A DNA stretch of 64,000 bases, from NCBI GenBank assembly GCA_963798915.1, contig CAWCVB010000005.1, forward strand, positions 453,158-517,157, read 5' to 3'. The notes under the pieces were generated by a model. The model saw only the letters and a program-made list of their open reading frames with translations, was not told where the DNA came from and did no database searches. Shown piece by piece: positions 59,101 to 64,000 of the stretch; the stretch's first letter is position 1; the number at the start of each line of letters is the position of its first letter. The position numbers and the translations under genes are program-made. This stretch comes from an uncultured Gemmatimonadales bacterium (GTDB lineage: Bacteria > Gemmatimonadota > Gemmatimonadetes > Gemmatimonadales > GWC2-71-9).

Positions 59101-59257
59101 GCCGGCGGCGTTCTCCCATGGTGTGGGATCGGACTCCCAGCGGCCCTTCGCGATGGTGATCGTGGGCGGCATGCTTTCGCGCCTTGTCATCAGTGTACTG
59201 GTCACCCCGGTGCTCTACCACCTGGTAGCCCGCAAGGAGGACCGGTTGCAGGTGTGA
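56153..59257 (+). CDS. Heavy-metal efflux RND permease (CzcA/CusA family)
   Basis: LPVDAYPDI, EEVERLITVPLE, HME motif GAIDFGILVDGAVFMVEN, RLRPIMMTA. Confidence 0.94.
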   Translation: MIAPEERASFINRLVAGALSQRFLVMMLALMLVAGGLWSFSRLPVDAYPDIAPTMVEIVTQWPGHAAEEVERLITVPLEVEMNGLPRLEVVRSVSLYGLSDVTLTFRDGTDDYFARQQAFERLPGVDLPEGAESDVVPLTSPSGLVYRYVLDSPDRSAMELKNLNDWVIGKAYKSVPGVADMSAMGGETMQYEAQLDPDRLAAAGVSVSDVMDALAHNNGNAGGGFYSEGGQFYYVRGLGRFRTVEDIEKVVVTVRNGTPVVVRDLGSVVIGHAPRLGQFGFNDRNDAVEGVVLMRRGEQAQDVLKGVEAMTRQLNDSVLPQDVKIHPFYDRSDLVHLTTRTVEANLVRGILLVVAVLIFFLYDVRSGLIVATAIPLALLFAFIFLDLRHIPANLLSIGAIDFGILVDGAVFMVENIHRELALRYGTEYRLYDVIVRAAAEVDRPIFYAMAVIIAGFLPIYVLSGPSGKLFKPMADTTIFALIGSLVVTLTVLPVLCTWLLRRGVRARRNPGYEWVKTKYLRALDWCLARPWTTTGVTCALFVASLLMVPFIGAEFMPHLDEGALWVRATMPYTISFDESSRIVPEVRKIIKSFPEVTVVASEHGRPDDGTDATGFFNAEFYVGLKPYNEWSGPIHGKPALIAAIDRKLAQFPGITFNYTQPAEDAVDEAETGLKSALDVKIFGSDLQVLEQKARQVKAVLARVRGMADLTVVQELGQPSLTVEVDRDRIARYGINAGDINGLLEAAVGGAVATEVAQGERLYDLVVRLKPEFRGTPEAIGDIKVPAPDGQLIPLRNLANIQISNGASFIYRQGGSRFIGVQYSVEGRDVASAVHDAQAAVAKVVQFPAGYRIVWGGEYQDYVASRSQMRIILPLTLLLIFLLLFALYGNFKFPAITVVGVVLSAPVGGLLMLLLTHTPFSVSSGIGFLVLFGVSVQTAVVYISCANQLRKEGRPIAEATRESAVLRLRPIMMTAILAAIGLLPAAFSHGVGSDSQRPFAMVIVGGMLSRLVISVLVTPVLYHLVARKEDRLQV

Positions 59258-59273
59258 CGACCCGCGACCTGCC

Positions 59274-59302
59274 TTGACCTAACCCCATCCCGGCGCTACG
59301 TT
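59274..59302 (+). promoter_or_regulatory. Sigma70-type promoter of rpsL
   Basis: TTGACC-N17-TACGTT, 53 nt upstream of the ATG. Confidence 0.6.
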
Positions 59303-59355
59303 TCCAAGTCTGTCCCGGAACAGGCCGGGGCTGCTCAACGCACCAAAGCAGGGAT

Positions 59356-59736
59356 ATGCCGACCATCAATCAGTTGATCCGACACGGCCGCAAGCCGGCC
59401 GAAGCCAAGGACAAGTCGCCGGCGCTCAAGGGCAACCCCCTCAAGCGCGGGGTCTGCACGCGGGTCTACACCACGACCCCCAAGAAGCCGAACTCGGCCC
59501 TCCGCAAGGTGGCGCGTGTTCGCCTGACCAATGGATTCGAAGTTACCGCGTATATCCCTGGTGAGGGCCACAACCTGCAGGAACACTCGATCGTGTTGAT
59601 CCGTGGCGGCCGGGTGAAGGACCTGCCGGGCGTCCGCTATCATATCGTCCGTGGTGCGCTGGATTCCGCCGGCGTCAACGACCGTCGCCGCAGCCGGTCC
59701 AAGTACGGCGCCAAGCGGCCCAAGGCGGCCAAGTGA
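59356..59736 (+). CDS. rpsL: 30S ribosomal protein S12
   Basis: [29 protein letters not shown]. Confidence 0.99.
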   Translation: MPTINQLIRHGRKPAEAKDKSPALKGNPLKRGVCTRVYTTTPKKPNSALRKVARVRLTNGFEVTAYIPGEGHNLQEHSIVLIRGGRVKDLPGVRYHIVRGALDSAGVNDRRRSRSKYGAKRPKAAK

Positions 59737-60203
59737 GCCGCCGGAACAAGGCGGTCAAGCGGATCGTCCCGCCGGATCCGCGGTTCGACAGCCAGACCGT
59801 GTCCAAGTTTGTCAGCAACCTGACCTACGATGGCAAGAAGAGCACGGCGGAACGCATCTTCTACGATGCCATGGACATGATCGAGGAACGCACCGGCCAG
59901 GCCGGTGTCGCAGTCTTCAAGCAGGCCGTCAACAACGCCAAGCCCGCGGTGGAAGTGAAGAGCCGCCGGGTCGGTGGTGCGTCGCTCCAGGTCCCGGTGG
60001 AAGTGCGTCCGGAGCGCCGGACGGCCCTGGCCATGCGCTGGCTCATCTCCTTCTCGCGCGCCCGCACCGAGAAGACCATGTCGGAGCGGCTGGCAGCGGA
60101 GCTGATCCTCGCCTCCAAGGGCGAAGGCAATACCATCAAGAAGAAGGATGACACGCACCGGATGGCCGAGGCCAACCGCGCGTTCTCGCATTATCGGTGG
60201 TGA
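59733..60203 (+). CDS. rpsG: 30S ribosomal protein S7
   Basis: [31 protein letters not shown]. Confidence 0.99.
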   Translation: MSRRNKAVKRIVPPDPRFDSQTVSKFVSNLTYDGKKSTAERIFYDAMDMIEERTGQAGVAVFKQAVNNAKPAVEVKSRRVGGASLQVPVEVRPERRTALAMRWLISFSRARTEKTMSERLAAELILASKGEGNTIKKKDDTHRMAEANRAFSHYRW

Positions 60204-60205
60204 GT

Positions 60206-60247
60206 CGCGCGGTAGGGGCAAAGCTATAGCTTTGCCCCTACCGCGCG
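60206..60247. repeat. GTAG-type REP-like perfect 42-bp palindrome (copy 2)
   Basis: CGCGCGGTAGGGGCAAAGCTATAGCTTTGCCCCTACCGCGCG. Confidence 0.8.
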
Positions 60248-60259
60248 GTCGGAATCGAG

Positions 60260-60288
60260 AGGGGTGGCCAGGTGGCCGCCCCTTTTTT
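60260..60288 (+). terminator. Intrinsic terminator after rpsG
   Basis: AGGGGTGGCCA-gg-TGGCCGCCCC-TTTTTT. Confidence 0.8.
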
Positions 60289-60345
60289 GCGTGGCCCACG
60301 GGGCGATCCGGTGTTATATCAGGGCACCCCATCATGGAGCTGCCC

Positions 60346-60734
60346 ATGCGCGCGATCCCGTTGGCTCTGGCCCTCTTCGTCCTCAGCGCCTGCGACAGCC
60401 TGACCGACCCCGTCAGCGGCCCCTCCGGCCAGCCGGACGTGCCGGTGCCGGCGGTCGGCGCCGTTACCGGCCGGGTGCTCTCGAAGGAGTATGGCGTGAT
60501 GAGCGGCATCAAGGTCGTCGCCAACCCGGGTGACAGAACCGCCACGACCGATGGGGTGGGGTCTGGTCCCTGAATGGGCTCAGGCCGGGTCTGGTGGCGC
60601 TCCAGCTGGGCAACCTGCCGCCTGAGTGCGAGGCGCCCGAGGCGCGGGCCATCGCTCTTGACCCGGGAGCCACGGTCCGGGTGCGTTTCCTGGTCGACTG
60701 CTCAGGAGGCAGCGAGACCGGACCCGCCAACTAG
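60346..60734 (+). CDS. Lipoprotein with carboxypeptidase-regulatory-like beta-sandwich (frameshift in G-run near 60560)
   Basis: MRAIPLALALFVLSAC lipobox, GAVTGRV...TATTDG. Continues in another frame as GVWSLNGLRPG...VRFLVDCSGGSETGPAN*. Confidence 0.65.
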
Positions 60735-61023
60735 CACGGGTGGCTTGACTTCGGACCTTCGGCCGTTAACTTTTCGGGGCTCTGGCTTTCCACGGTTATT
60801 TCAGGTTGCCGAGAAAAGCCAATGCGACATCGGGTGACGTGACGGCGCAGTGTTGCCAGCCACCTCTCGCCCTCCGATTACAACGCGTATCCCGCCCTCG
60901 GCCTCGCGGCTTCAGGAGCGGGGTCATCCCGGGCGGAAGCCCGGATGCCGCGCGGAGCGATACCACGGGATCACGGTCCCGGCTCGGTCGCCCCGCTTTT
61001 TCGCTGATAGGAACTGGAGACGC

Positions 61024-63123
<2,100 letters not shown>

Positions 63124-63220
63124 GCCATGAGTCATGAGTCGTGGGTTGTGGGTGTCGCGACTCATGACGCACGACGCATGACCCGGCAGCGACACCAAAC
63201 GCATCAAGGAGCAGCGGGCA

Positions 63221-64000
<780 letters not shown>

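Noticed and set aside
40471..59273. Prophage or ICE between rpoC and rpsL
   Set aside because: No integrase, relaxase, transposase or phage structural genes were recognised. Only att-like repeats and cargo are present.

Overview
High-GC bacterial chromosome segment, most likely Gemmatimonadota. The taxon is inferred from the EF-Tu effector-region variant and gene order, not from a search. From left to right the window holds: a multiheme cytochrome c lipoprotein divergent from a ccmE-ccmF-ccmH maturation operon; a TPR/macro/transglutaminase-like/ABC operon; uvrA; a tandem array of eight small membrane proteins sharing a C-terminal ELEER(L/V)DF(A/T)ER(L/M)LA motif, followed by a CesT-like gene and pspA; DUF1611, an ABC-2 pair, mscS and cysS; four tRNAs; tuf-rpmG-secE-nusG-rplKAJL-rpoBC; about 19 kb of accessory DNA between rpoC and rpsL; and rpsL-rpsG-(lipoprotein)-fusA-tuf. 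The accessory DNA is punctuated by two extra copies of the rpoC 3' end. It carries an ECF sigma/anti-sigma/lipoprotein TPR-CHAT protease module with paralogous lipoproteins, a Cys-rich secreted peptide/thioredoxin-like/beta-propeller module, and a RAPP-leader CzcCBA-like efflux operon. Single-base indels in essential genes (rpoC, fusA, second tuf) point to sequencing or assembly errors, so frameshifts elsewhere are not treated as biological. The best candidates for novelty are the eight-paralog Psp-associated array, the exported CHAT-protease/anti-sigma module, and the rpoC 3'-end integration hotspot.
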